A stretch of DNA of 64,000 bases, filler included, from Octopus bimaculoides (taxonomy: Eukaryota): assembly GCF_001194135.2 (NCBI RefSeq). It is 5 parts of 5 records of this genome, joined end to end, with 100 filler letters (N's around TTAATTAATTAA, not from the genome) between each part and the next. Parts side by side here need not be neighbours in the genome. Positions count along the whole stretch, not along the records: positions 48,205 to 61,716 come from NC_068999.1; positions 61,817 to 64,000 come from NC_069004.1; 3 more parts are not named here. The stretch is one strand, 5' to 3'. The position numbers were made by a program, and so were the translations under genes. Shown piece by piece: positions 52,276 to 64,000 of this stretch. How positions within the stretch are numbered: the stretch's first letter is position 1; each line of letters opens with the position of its first letter. The notes under the pieces were generated by a model. The model saw only the letters and a program-made list of their open reading frames with translations. It had not been told where the DNA came from and ran no database searches.

Positions 52276-54989
52276 AGAATTGATTGATGAAATATATATA
52301 ATCCTTACTGATGTTCTGAACTTGCTCTGTTGTCATTTTTTGCTGCACATTTTGGAAAATGTTTTAGTTGCCTGAGTTGCTTCTCTTTCTCTCTTTAATT
52401 TTTAAATTGCTCCTGGAGAGATGAAAAACTTACGAGGTGAGATCTGAACCAAAAGCTCTAAACTTCAAAATGAACAGCATTTTCAATGTACTTTATCTTT
52501 GCAAGAAATCAACCAACCAAAGGTTTCAGAAGCATATTCTAATTAATTAGGTGCATGATTATGAGAGAAGTAAAAAATAAACTCATTAGGAAAATTTCAA
52601 TTTCTATTTTAATTTAAAAGTTTCCTTCATTAATAATAGATTAATCTTATTGTTTCATTATTGATTTCTCGCTCTTCATAATACTATAATATCAGTAAAA
52701 TTGATATTCAATTTCGTTTACAAGTTTTCTAAATTTAGGGAGAAGAAATGCCATACATTCCACCCATTCACTTTTGTAATTGCTTCTGAAAAAAGAAAAG
52801 GATGGCTGATGATGTATCATCTTTCATGTAATAAAATACATCTTGCATTATCATATAACTTGCATTAAAAAAACCCCCAAAAAATCTCTTGTCACCTTTT
52901 GTCATTCATATTTTATTTTTGAAGTTTTTTCATCTCTTGAATGAAAGTTTAGATGACAGAATTGTGTTTGTCCAATCCTGAAGGTTAAATGTTTTGCGTC
53001 TTCTGTTGCTTTTGTTGTACTTTAACTGGCAGTCTCATTTCTTGGTGGCTCTTCCTGTACATGGATATCAAGATGGGATAAATGTAGGCAGAAATGGTGC
53101 TGTATAATTGATAATTGCATTGTTAGCCTGCAGTCTTGAATTTAAATCCTTTTTAATAGAAAAACAAACATTATTTCTTTAACAATGTTATTTTTTGTCT
53201 TTTTTTTTTCTTCGTGTTGAGTTATAATAGTTATTAGTTAGAATTCATACATATATCTGAATTTGGAGAACAGCTAATGTTACCACAGAGGAAATGGATG
53301 TTAATTTGTTAAAAGATATTGTTAAATTAGAATTTTTATGATTTAATTTTCTGACTCTTCCCTGTTACATTTGTCTCTTGTGGCTATTTATCATTCTGAT
53401 CTTTCACTTTAAGAACTTGGAATGAAAGCAACAGACTTTGATAAGAGACTCATAAAATAACAATAAAATATATCACCATTGCTTTATTGTTCATAGTTTA
53501 GTCAAATTTGTTTTATACAGTTGTTACATTTCATATCTTTAACTCAATACTACATTGTCTGGGTGATAAACTCAGTCTGTTGCCTGGTTTAACATCACCA
53601 CCTAGCCTTTAGTGAGTGGGGTTTTAGCATTTCTGATGTTAAGGATGACAAGAATCAATGTGTAATTCTGGTAGAAAAATACCACATATTTTGATTCCAA
53701 AGCAGTTTGTTGGATTTTCTCATTGGTGTGTGCACACAGCTGGCTTCCTCATTGTTTCCTTCTACTGAATTCCACTCGAGGCATTGGTTGACCTGAGGCT
53801 AGAGTAGAAGATACTTGCCCAAGTTGGCATACAGTGGAATCTTGAATTATTCAATTACACAGCCAAGTTTGCTCAATTGTTCCCCCCTTTTTTGCCCTCA
53901 TCAGTCTCAGAGGCACTGCATAAAGCTCATATTTACTGGTCTTCCTCTGCTGATTAACTGAAAAATAAATCGATATATATATCTTGATCTGGCATTGTCT
54001 TTTCCACATACCTTGATTGTATGTAATTTTTTTTTTTTTTTTTGAAGAATGCAACTACATCTTATGATTGTATTCCATCTTTTAAGCTTGAAACTACTGA
54101 ATCTTCCTTAGTCCCTCATCACAAACTCTTAACCCTTTTTCATTTGTTAACTTACATTACATGTTCATGCCTAAGTGTGTTCTGTCTCAGTCGATGCTTT
54201 TGGAACTCATTTGATTTATCTTTTCAAAATTACATCTCATCTTTACTGAAACAAAATTTTATGCCTATCATTAAGTTAGTCTTCTATAATCACTGCATAT
54301 CATCTGCATTTACTGTCAACATTGTATGAATAATATTTCATATGTTCAAATTTCCAGAAGAGCTAGAAACCTTACTCTCTTGCCAAAGTTAATAGTTCCT
54401 TAAATTGCTTTTGCTACACTTTATCTCAGTCATTACACACCTCACTAACTCCACTTTCACTCTATTCATGTCATCTAAATTACAGAATTTATCTATCAGT
54501 ATTGACTTTGTTCTAGCAAGTTTCCTAGATGTGTTATTAAATTTTCTTTTATTTTTTAAAAATTACTGATTAGAATGTAACTTTAACATTTTTGTTACAA
54601 TTTTTCTGTTGAAATACATTCTCTTTCTTTCAATTAATTATGATAATCATGGATTTATTAAAATAACTTCCATTAAGTTAGTGTTCAGGACATAAATTAA
54701 CATGAAATTTTGATGGAAGGTTGTAATTTAGATCACTTTGAAACGGGTAATTTGAATCATAGAGCCAAAAGGTTTCAGGCAGGTTGGTATCAAAAAGGTT
54801 GAAAATAGATTCTCACATGAAACTGTAATAGTGTTATCTACTGAAGCCTTGCATATCACAATGATATAATAAGATTTTAATTTTAGATATGGAAATTTTA
54901 ATGGGCATTGATAACATGAGATCAAGAGTTACTTCAGGTATTTTGATAGTGAAATGATTACAGGTTCTCAAACAAAATATTTTTTATTC

Positions 54990-55185
54990 TTTACTTGTTT
55001 CAGTCATTTCATTGTGGCCATGCCAGGTACTGTTTTGAAGGGTTTAGCTGAACAGATCCAGCTAGCACTTATTTTTTTAAAATCTGGTACTTCTCCTATC
55101 AGTCTATTTTGCTGAACTGTTAAGTTATTGGGATGTAAACAAGTAACACTGGTTGTCAAGCAATGGTAGGGTGGCAATAACACAC
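54990..55185 (-). mobile_element. Old SINE family A 3' body
   Basis: Degenerate match to the reverse complement of 35930-36125. Confidence 0.7.
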
Positions 55186-55901
55186 ACACGCACGCACGCG
55201 CGCGCGTATGTATATATGTGTGTGTGTGTGTGTAGTACATATAAAAACTTTTCATCTCATGCCATATTGTAATATGTATGTAGAACAGGTGCTCGGTTTG
55301 GTTTACCACTAAAACTCCTGCTTGACCTGCAACTAAAAAAAGGTGGTATTGAAGCTGATTATCACAGATAGCTAGAAGTGGTTCATCATTGAGCAGATAG
55401 ATATATATTAGAAATAGAGGTTGAACAAGCAAAACATATAGTAATATATACTTCTTTCAGTAATATTTCAGTATTTTATACTTTTTTCAATAATATTTTA
55501 ATATTTCATACAGCTAAAGCAAATATCATTATAACCAGTTGATGTTTACCTCTTCCCCAACAGCTTACCATATCTGATTCACTGTGGTGAAAGGCTATTG
55601 TCCAAAAGGCTCTTGGTACAACCCTCTAACATTAACCCCACCCTCTGGCTATCAATAATCCTAGCCCACACTGATGAATGACAATATAGTAAGGCTCTTG
55701 ACTTTATACACCTGGCCTTCTTCATTCAATGTTGGTGAACCTCCCATTCCCTTCTTGTCATATTCCCTCTTCCTCTATTGTATGTGTTTTTGTATACATA
55801 TATCTAAATACACACACAACATTTATGTCGGTATGCATATATATATATAATAATAAGTCTTAGAGTAGCAACAAAGTAAGAAATTTAATTTACTACCAGT
55901 G

Positions 55902-55941
<40 letters not shown>

Positions 55942-58900
55942 TTGTATGTGCATAGGTATGTGTATATATGTGTTTATGTACAGGCATATATCTATCTACA
56001 TGTGTGTGTATGTATATGTGTATATATGTGTGTGTGTGAGTATATACATCCCCTTAACTCCTGTGTTGTGTATGCCCTCACTATATCAGCTAATGTCTAT
56101 TTACTTTCTCTCATGCATTTACTACTATTCCTCCATCCTGTCCTGTACTCTTTGAAGGCCTTCTACACTTCTCTTTAAAGATGGAACTAGTAACATCTAT
56201 CATCTTTTACCATCGATTTTTCTTGATACTTCAACAATGGAACTACTAACTAACATTACCTTTTACTAAGGATTCCTTAAATTCTTCGATCTGAAACTAC
56301 CAGCCACTATTATCCTTTATTTTGGACATTCCTTGGTTCTGCAGCAGTAACTACTAATATGTACTACTGGTATCTACTGGTATCTACTAATATCTTTGAA
56401 AGATATTCTCTCTCTAATGATGGAATAGTTAACTTATGTGAAAATCTTTACTCAGTAACATATGCTTCACATGCCCAGCAATTCTTGAAACAGCTGCGAG
56501 AGGATTTACATATTTACTATAACTACTCTGCACTTATGTTTAAATTATAAATTAAATGCTCTAAAGTCATACCATATGTTTGGCTTACTCATTCTCTGTT
56601 TTTAATATGTGTGTGTGTGTGAATTCCAAAACCACATGATTGCAAAGTAAGTTTATTAAACACAGTTGTGTCTGTGCCTGTAACATACTTGCATAAAAGA
56701 ATGACAATGAAAGAAGTGATTGTATGTACCAATTATAAAATTTTGGAAATGAATGATCTGTTGATTGACCTTTTAGATTAATTAGATAAATGAAAGAGTT
56801 TATACATTCCAAAAAGTATCTTATCTGTATTGATTGACTAATTATTCTTATATATCTGAGAAGATTTAAGATGTTATCTTCAGCTACTGAAGATTTAGTG
56901 CTGTTACCAGGAACAAATAATATGGAGTTACTAAAAGGCATATCTATGATCATCAGTTCTCTGGTTGTTAGGCTAGGATTATTTTGAAGTGATTGCTTAT
57001 ACTTCTAATTCTATCAGTTACTGTGCCAAATAGGTTATCTTAAGTGCTCCTAAGTCTCTAACTTAGAAACATTTTAAGGCTTGTGTAAAATGGGATTTCA
57101 GCCAACTTGCTTTAATATCAAGTTTCTGTGAGTTAGACTAAACCCACATTCACTGGTTGTACACTTTCCATTTATATTAGGCAACTCTCACAATGGCTAT
57201 CGCATCCCACCTACTATAGTCATCCTTATGTCCTTCTGCATCTCCCTTCCTGCCATTGCTACACCTTGGACATCATTTCCTTACTTTCTGATCTATTCTT
57301 CTTTCTTAACCAATTCTATTTCTCATATCATAGCCCTTCTTTTTACTGGTGTTTCCCATCACCTGCACCCTTGTTTATCACTCACTACTTTCACATCTGT
57401 CTCTATCTCTAACCATGTGTTACTCTCCCCTTCCCTCACACTCTTATGAAACTGTCCCTTCTCCCCTTGATTCACTGTCTGTATCCTCTCTTATACTCAC
57501 CTTATATCTGGAGATACTTTGGCCTCTCATCACCACTATCTTACCTTCCTTCAAGCTACTCCCACCCTTATATGATACAGTGAGGTGGATAGTCATGTAT
57601 CCCCTCTTTAGCAAGACACTTGTGCTTGTCTCTCTATTATACTTTAGCCTCTTAATGTCTGGCGTAAAATCACTGCCCTCCCCCATCAAATACTTCCTCC
57701 GACTTAGTTGAAGGGACTTTTCCCCTTTCCTCTATCTTGTTCTTTTCTCATCTTGCAAGTTATTTGGTGTCCTCACTAGTGCTGGTGGTAAAGAAAAAAG
57801 AGCACCCAGTGCACTCTGTAAATTGGTTGGCATTAGGAAGAGTATTCAGTCATAGAAATCATGCCAAAGCTGACATTGGAACTTCATGTAACCCTGCAGC
57901 TTGCCTGACTCTTGTCAAACTGTCTGACCTGGAAAATGGACATTGAATAATGATGACTCTTGAGAAAAATAAAATTGATTATTGAAAGAAAGAAACAAAA
58001 AGGTTCTGAACTGTTGAAATGACTATGTACAGACATTGATACATGTATTGAATAATGATTGGATTCCTAAAACTGGTTTGAAATGTGATTTCTTTGAAAT
58101 ATTTAACTGTGCTTTTCTTCTGAATATAAAGTAGTAAAAATTTGAAATGAATATTGATAACAGCAATGCAATAAATAACCTATAACTACAGTATTAGCTA
58201 GATGAACTGATATACATTCTTTTAAAACTAGGAAAAAATAAAACAAACTATATTGCTGACTTTCATGTGTGAAACTACTTTCTTTATCCTTTGATCATTA
58301 TAATGAACTTATTTGCATATGAAAGTTATTGTTTTTATCTAATTTTATAATTTTATATCAATGTTACCATTCTAGTATAGATAAACTGGTACAACATTGC
58401 AAATATTGGCATTTGCATATGACTGGTAGTTGTTCATGTTATTTATTTTTATAGTGGAAGTGGATGCTTTTTCTGTTACTAATAATTCCATTCTAAGGTG
58501 GGAGTAACATTTATTTCCAGTTCAGGAAGTAAAACAGATATTTGTCAATTGTATGGCAGTTATTATTAAATGTTAAACTTGCTGCAGCTTTCATCATCAT
58601 TTTCACTGCCACCACCACTACCATCACCATCATCATCACCACCATCACATCACCACCACCACTACCGTCACCATCATCATCACCACCACTACCATCACAA
58701 TCATCTTCACCATCACCACCATCATTATTTTCTTTAGTGCTTGACATCATGAGATGAATATACTCAGCCTGTTCTCTATGATAGTTAAGTATAGAGACAA
58801 TAACAATATCAGCTTGCAATCCTCATCCCAAGCTTTTTCAAGTTTGATGCAGAATTGAGATATGTCCAACTCCTGTCAACATAGCAAAATATATGATTCA

Positions 58901-59211
58901 GATTTTATGATGATGATGGTGAATTTTAAGTACTATTCAGTTTTGCTGTTTAGCTACTTAAGTTTTGAAGAAATAATTAAATATTTTAATGACATTTTTA
59001 CTATTTTAAAAATGGTTGGATTTCTTAATCATAATTCTTTCTAAATTAAATTACAATTTATATATATTTTATCATATAGTAAATAAATACAATTTTAAAT
59101 ATTGGAAGATTTAACAGATTTTACTTAATTTTTATTTATAGTCAATTTAATTTTTCTGTAGTTGCTTGCTGAAGGAATTATTATTTATTTATTTACACGC
59201 ACGCACGCACA

Positions 59212-59278
<67 letters not shown>

Positions 59279-59419
59279 GCACACGCGCACTCGCGCACAC
59301 ACTCGCACACACTCGCACACACGCTTGTTGAAAGAGTTACTATGTCTATGTATATATATATATATGCTTGTTGAAAGGTTTACTGTGTGTGTGTGTGTGT
59401 GAAGGGTTACTATGTATAT

Positions 59420-61675
59420 ATCATCATTATTTAACGTCCGCTTTCCATGCTGGCATGGGTTGGGGCAGTTTGACTGAGGGCTGGCGAGCCAGAAGGCTGC
59501 ACCAGACTCCAATCTGATCTGGCAGAGTTTCTGCAGTTGGATGCCCTTCCTAACGCTAACCACTCTGAGAGTGTAGTAGGTGCTTTTTGCATGCCGCCGG
59601 CATGAGGGTCAGTCAGGCGGAACTGTCATCGACCATGCTCAAATGGTGTTTTTCACGTGCCACCGGCAGAGGAGCCAGTCAGGCAACACTGGCAATAATC
59701 ACACTTGCATGGCGCTTTTTACAGGCCACTGGCACGGGAGCCAGTCAGGTGGCACTGGCAACAATCACGCTCGAATGGTGCTTTTAACATTCCACTGGCA
59801 CGGGTGCCGATCAGGCGATACTGTCATCAGTCATGACTATGATTTCACTTAGCTCAACAGGTCTTCGCAAGTGCAGTTTATTGCCCAATGATTGAAGAGT
59901 ACTCTTAAATGGGCTGGTTATGCTACACTGGCATAGGCCATGGTTATGGTCTTACTTGGCTTGCCGGGTCATCTCAAGCACAGCATATCTCCAAAGGTCT
60001 TGGTCATTTGTCATTACCTCAGTAAGGCCCAATGTTCGAAGGTTGTACTTCACCACCTCATCCCAGGTCTTCCTGGATCTACCTCATTCACAGGTTCCAT
60101 CTACTGCTAGGGTAAGGCACTTTTTCACACAGCTATCCTCATCCATTCACAACACATGACCATACCAGTGCAGTTGTCCCTCTTGCACACCACACCTGAT
60201 GCTTTTTAAGTCCATCTTTTCTCTAAGGGCATTTATATTCTGTTGTGTATGCACACTGACATTACACATCCAGTGGAGCACACTGGCTTCATTCCTTACA
60301 AGCTTATGCATGTCCTCAGCTGTCATGGCCCATGTTTCACTGCCATGTAGCATGGCTCTTCGTACACATGCGTCATACAGTCTGCCTTTTACTCTGAGAG
60401 GCCTTTTGTCACCAGCAGAGATAAGAGCTCTCTGAATTTTGCCCTGGCTATTCTTATTCTAGCAGCTACACTTTCAGAGTATCCACCCCTGCTACTGACT
60501 TGGTCACCTAGGTAATGGAACCTATCAACTACTTGTAGTTTTTTCCCCCTGGAATATGACGGAAGCTGTTTTCTGCACATTTTCAGTGTTTATTGCTCCC
60601 GAACATTTGCCACAAACAAAAACTAGCTTCCCACTTAGTCTTCCTTTGATATTGCTGTGTCCATAGCTTACACTGGGTACATCTTATGGAGTTTCTACCT
60701 ACGCCTTTTCTACAGATCAAACAGGGCCATCTACCTGAAGGGGTTTGTGGTTTGTCTGCCTTCCTACTTATTAAGGCTTTGGTTTTTGCTAGGTTGACTC
60801 TAAGGCCCTTTGATTCTAGTCCTTGCTTCCACACCTGAAACTTCTCTAGTTCTGATAGTGACTCAGCTATTAGAGCAAGGTCATCAGCATAGAGAAGCTC
60901 CAAGGGGCATCCTGCCTTGAATTCCTCTGTTATTACCTGGAAGACTATGATGAATAAGAGGGAGCTGAGGACTGATCCATGGTAGACCCATAACCCTACC
61001 TGGAATTCTTCAATGTATTCGTTGCCAACCCTTACCTTACTGACAGCATTCCTGTACATGGCTTGTATGTCTCTCACTAACCACTCATCTATCTCAAGTT
61101 TCCTCATTGACCACCAGATAAGGGCTCGAGGGATCCTGTCAAAGGCTTTCTCCATGTCGGTGAAAGCTAAGTACAGAGGTTTATCTTTGGCTAGGTATTT
61201 CTCCTGCAGCTGTCTTACCAGAAATATAGCATCAGTGGTGCTTTTCCCTGGCACAAACCCAAACTGCATCTCATCTAGACTGACTCTCTCCCTAATTAGT
61301 TGGGCTATGACCCTCTCCGTGACTTTCATTACCTGATCCAATAACTTGATACCTCTGTAATTATTTGTATCTAATGCATCACCTTTACCTTTGTAGCAGT
61401 TGACTATGGTACTGCTACACCAGTCATTGGGTATGACTCCTTCATGTATCACCTGATTGACTATACGGGTGACTAGACTATAGCTGACACCGCCAGATAT
61501 TTTAAGCATCACTGCGGTGATTCCTGATGTGCTGGGGGCTTTCCCTGTCTTCATACCCTTAATTGCTTCATCTACCAAGGTACTGTCAATTCGGATAGGT
61601 GGTGCACCTGATGGGTCAACATTCAGCAGACTCTCTTTCTCCCATTCATTCTCTTCATTTAGCAACATGCTTGCC
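59420..61675 (-). mobile_element. 5'-truncated RTE-clade LINE: RT ORF, C-terminus, 3' UTR with ~62-bp tandem units and (GAT)n tail
   Basis: ORF 60583-61668 has NYRGIKLL, QFGFVPGKSTTDAIF, DMEKAFDRIP, GSVLS and LYADDLAL. Downstream frames give HGSETW, LHWYGHV and RKTWDEV. There are several frameshifts. Confidence 0.92.
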
Positions 61676-61760
61676 GAAACTGTTACTACATATACATATA
61701 TATATATATATATATANNNNNNNNNNNNNNNNNNNNNNNNNNNNNNNNNNNNNNNNNNNN

Positions 61761-61772
61761 TTAATTAATTAA
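61761..61772. other. Artificial scaffold-join marker
   Basis: N44-TTAATTAATTAA-N44. Confidence 0.9.
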
Positions 61773-61856
61773 NNNNNNNNNNNNNNNNNNNNNNNNNNNN
61801 NNNNNNNNNNNNNNNNTCTAGTTTTAGTTTGGATTTCATTTGTTTTATAGCTTTTG

Positions 61857-61884
61857 TTGTTTCTTCTTCTTCTTCTTCTTCTTC

Positions 61885-61955
<71 letters not shown>

Positions 61956-61956
61956 C

Positions 61957-62028
<72 letters not shown>
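61857..62028. repeat. (TTC)n(TTA)n microsatellite
   Basis: Direct observation. Confidence 0.95.
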
Positions 62029-62030
<2 letters not shown>

Positions 62031-62059
62031 TTCTGCAATTTCAATATTTCTTTTAACAG

Positions 62060-62396
62060 ACTGATGCTGATTCAACAATCTGGTTTAATTGAGAAATACC
62101 AGAAGCAATGGTGGCCATCAGATGATGAATGTCTAAAAGAAGAGAAATCGAAGAATTTGAAAGCGAAGAAGATAGGTCTGGGTGATCTGGGTGGAATTTT
62201 TATTGTCTGTTCCTGTTTGGCTGTGTTTGGAGTGGTGTGTGCCATCATTGAAACGGTTCTAAGCCGATTCAAGAAGAAGACCAAGAATACATTTTCATCC
62301 AACTGGAGAGATATGAGGTTTTATCTGAGTCACAAGTTTCATATGAAACCAACCAATCATCAAAGAACGTGGGATTTAAAATATAAAAACAATTAA
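62060..62396 (+). CDS. Terminal coding exon of an ionotropic glutamate receptor / IR family gene (end of S2, M4 helix, short C-tail)
   Basis: Acceptor tttcttttaacAG. It reads LMLIQQSGLIEKYQKQWWPSDDEC...KIGLGDLGGIFIVCSCLAVFGVVCAIIE...*, matching the iGluR L..L.E.G.L..L..KWW....C and L.L.N.GGIF-M4 pattern. Confidence 0.88.
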
Positions 62397-63334
62397 ATGG
62401 TTTTAGAATTGTTGTCTTTGTTATCTTGTTGTTTGTTGTTCTTATTTTGGTGGCTTACTAATTATTGAAGTCAGTTTTGCATTGTGAACAAGAAATGAGG
62501 ATACGAGTGCGTGTCCATGGGTGTGTCTTTATCGATGTGAGTTTATGTGCACGTGTGTACGTATGTACATATGGAAAAAGGTGTGTGTGTGTATGTTTGT
62601 GTGTGTGTGTGTGTGTGGGAGTGTGTGTATGTGTGTACATGTATAAGTACAGAGGACGAGGTAGCTATGTTAATTCTACATCACTGTAAAAGTAAATATT
62701 ATACAATTAACAGATATCTTCAACATTAGGAATGAAGCTGCTTTCTGTCCCTGCATACATAAGCAATATTTTAAAGAAGACCCCTCCTCTATAAACGAGG
62801 GTAACTATAAACGAGGGCAACCGTTCCATGATAGCCCCTTCATAAACGTGAACACACACACCGCATAAAATTCACACAAAGGAGAAATAAGTTCCAATGA
62901 CGTCCAACCTCAACAAACAAGTACGAGACACCATGCACAGAACAAATAATTAAGAAATTTACCGAAAAGACAAATCCAAAGGAGACATAATCCAAAACAT
63001 GCCTGCTAGAGTAACGTCCTTTGATTCACTGTTTCATTTACGCGAATTTACGAGAAATCCCGTGAACGAAACGTGACTGTTTTCCAAAATGGAGTGACAC
63101 CTTTCTCCATGTAATCGGCTTGAAAAATTGTTAAGACACTACGATATTTTCCTACTCGTCTTAACATGAAATCAATGGTAGCCTTAATTCACAAATAAAG
63201 ACTGTGTATATACATATTCATTTCATTTTACTATTTATATTATATTATATTATATATTCCATATTCTATATCCCACATTAATTTCATAAGAATATAAATA
63301 AAACATAAAAAACAGACAGAGCTGGAACTCTTTT

Positions 63335-63382
<48 letters not shown>

Positions 63383-63433
63383 NNNNNNNNNNNNNNNNNN
63401 NNNNNNNNNNNNNNNNNNNNNNNNNNNNNNNNN

Positions 63434-63492
<59 letters not shown>

Positions 63493-63509
63493 AAATTATG
63501 GAATAGAGC

Positions 63510-63781
63510 AGATAAAATCCAGGCTACATATCTTTCATAGGAAGTGGAACATCGGAAGTAGTAAGGTATCCAAACGAGATTAGACCGCAAGCTACTCTTT
63601 AGGCCAAGGATACCTTGATTATATCAAATTTACATTTTCATTGGGAGGTCCAGTGTAAACTCGTTGGGGATTCCCAACGACAATGTAAACTTCATATAAT
63701 GAAGAGTAGCTTCCTGTCTGGGTAATCTACTACTTCCGAAGTTCCGCTAGCTATGAAACGAATGTAGCCTGGACTTTATCT
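63510..63781. mobile_element. MITE-like element with long (~80-90 bp) imperfect terminal inverted repeats
   Basis: AGATAAAATCCAGGCTACATA..GGAACATCGGAAGTAGTA..AAGCTACTCTT is mirrored by AAGAGTAGCTT..TACTACTTCCGAAGTTCC..TGTAGCCTGGACTTTATCT. Confidence 0.75.
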
Positions 63782-64000
63782 ACTTCATTCCCCAACTTTT
63801 GAATGTTTATTTGCATATGCAACAACTCCTGTTACTAACCATCAACTATAAAATTAACTTTTTTCAGCTTATCATACTTCGATATCGGAACAATTCAAAA
63901 CCTTCTGCGTCAATAAACGACTATTGTTCCTGAAAGTTGTTTTTTATATCTTCTACGGATTGTTTGAAGTTCACTAACTTCGTACATCTTGATCCTTCGA

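Noticed and set aside
59580-59830. Regularly spaced ~62-bp repeats (CRISPR-like periodicity)
   Set aside because: These are tandem units without unique spacers inside an RTE 3' UTR in a eukaryotic genome.

Overview
AT-rich eukaryotic genomic DNA from a gappy draft scaffold, dense in microsatellites and SINEs. The SINE families and composition suggest an octopus; this is inference, not a database match. There are no prokaryotic features. The main result is invisible to the ORF track. Nine small minus-strand exons between 11101 and 19345 have canonical AG/GT ends and compatible phases. They splice into one open frame of 273 codons containing, in order, the telomerase CP, QFP and T motifs and RT motifs 1 and 2. 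This is the RNA-binding domain (TRBD) plus fingers of TERT. I could not find the TEN domain, RT motifs A-E or the C-terminal extension (CTE). All nine exons lie between two artificial scaffold-join markers (N44-TTAATTAATTAA-N44). Near the right end is the terminal coding exon of an ionotropic glutamate receptor-family gene (62060-62396, +). The rest is a repeat landscape: Tc1, mariner and hAT elements, MITEs, R4/Dong-like and RTE LINEs, Penelope and Helitron relics, at least three tRNA-derived SINE families, and several fold-back inverted repeats.
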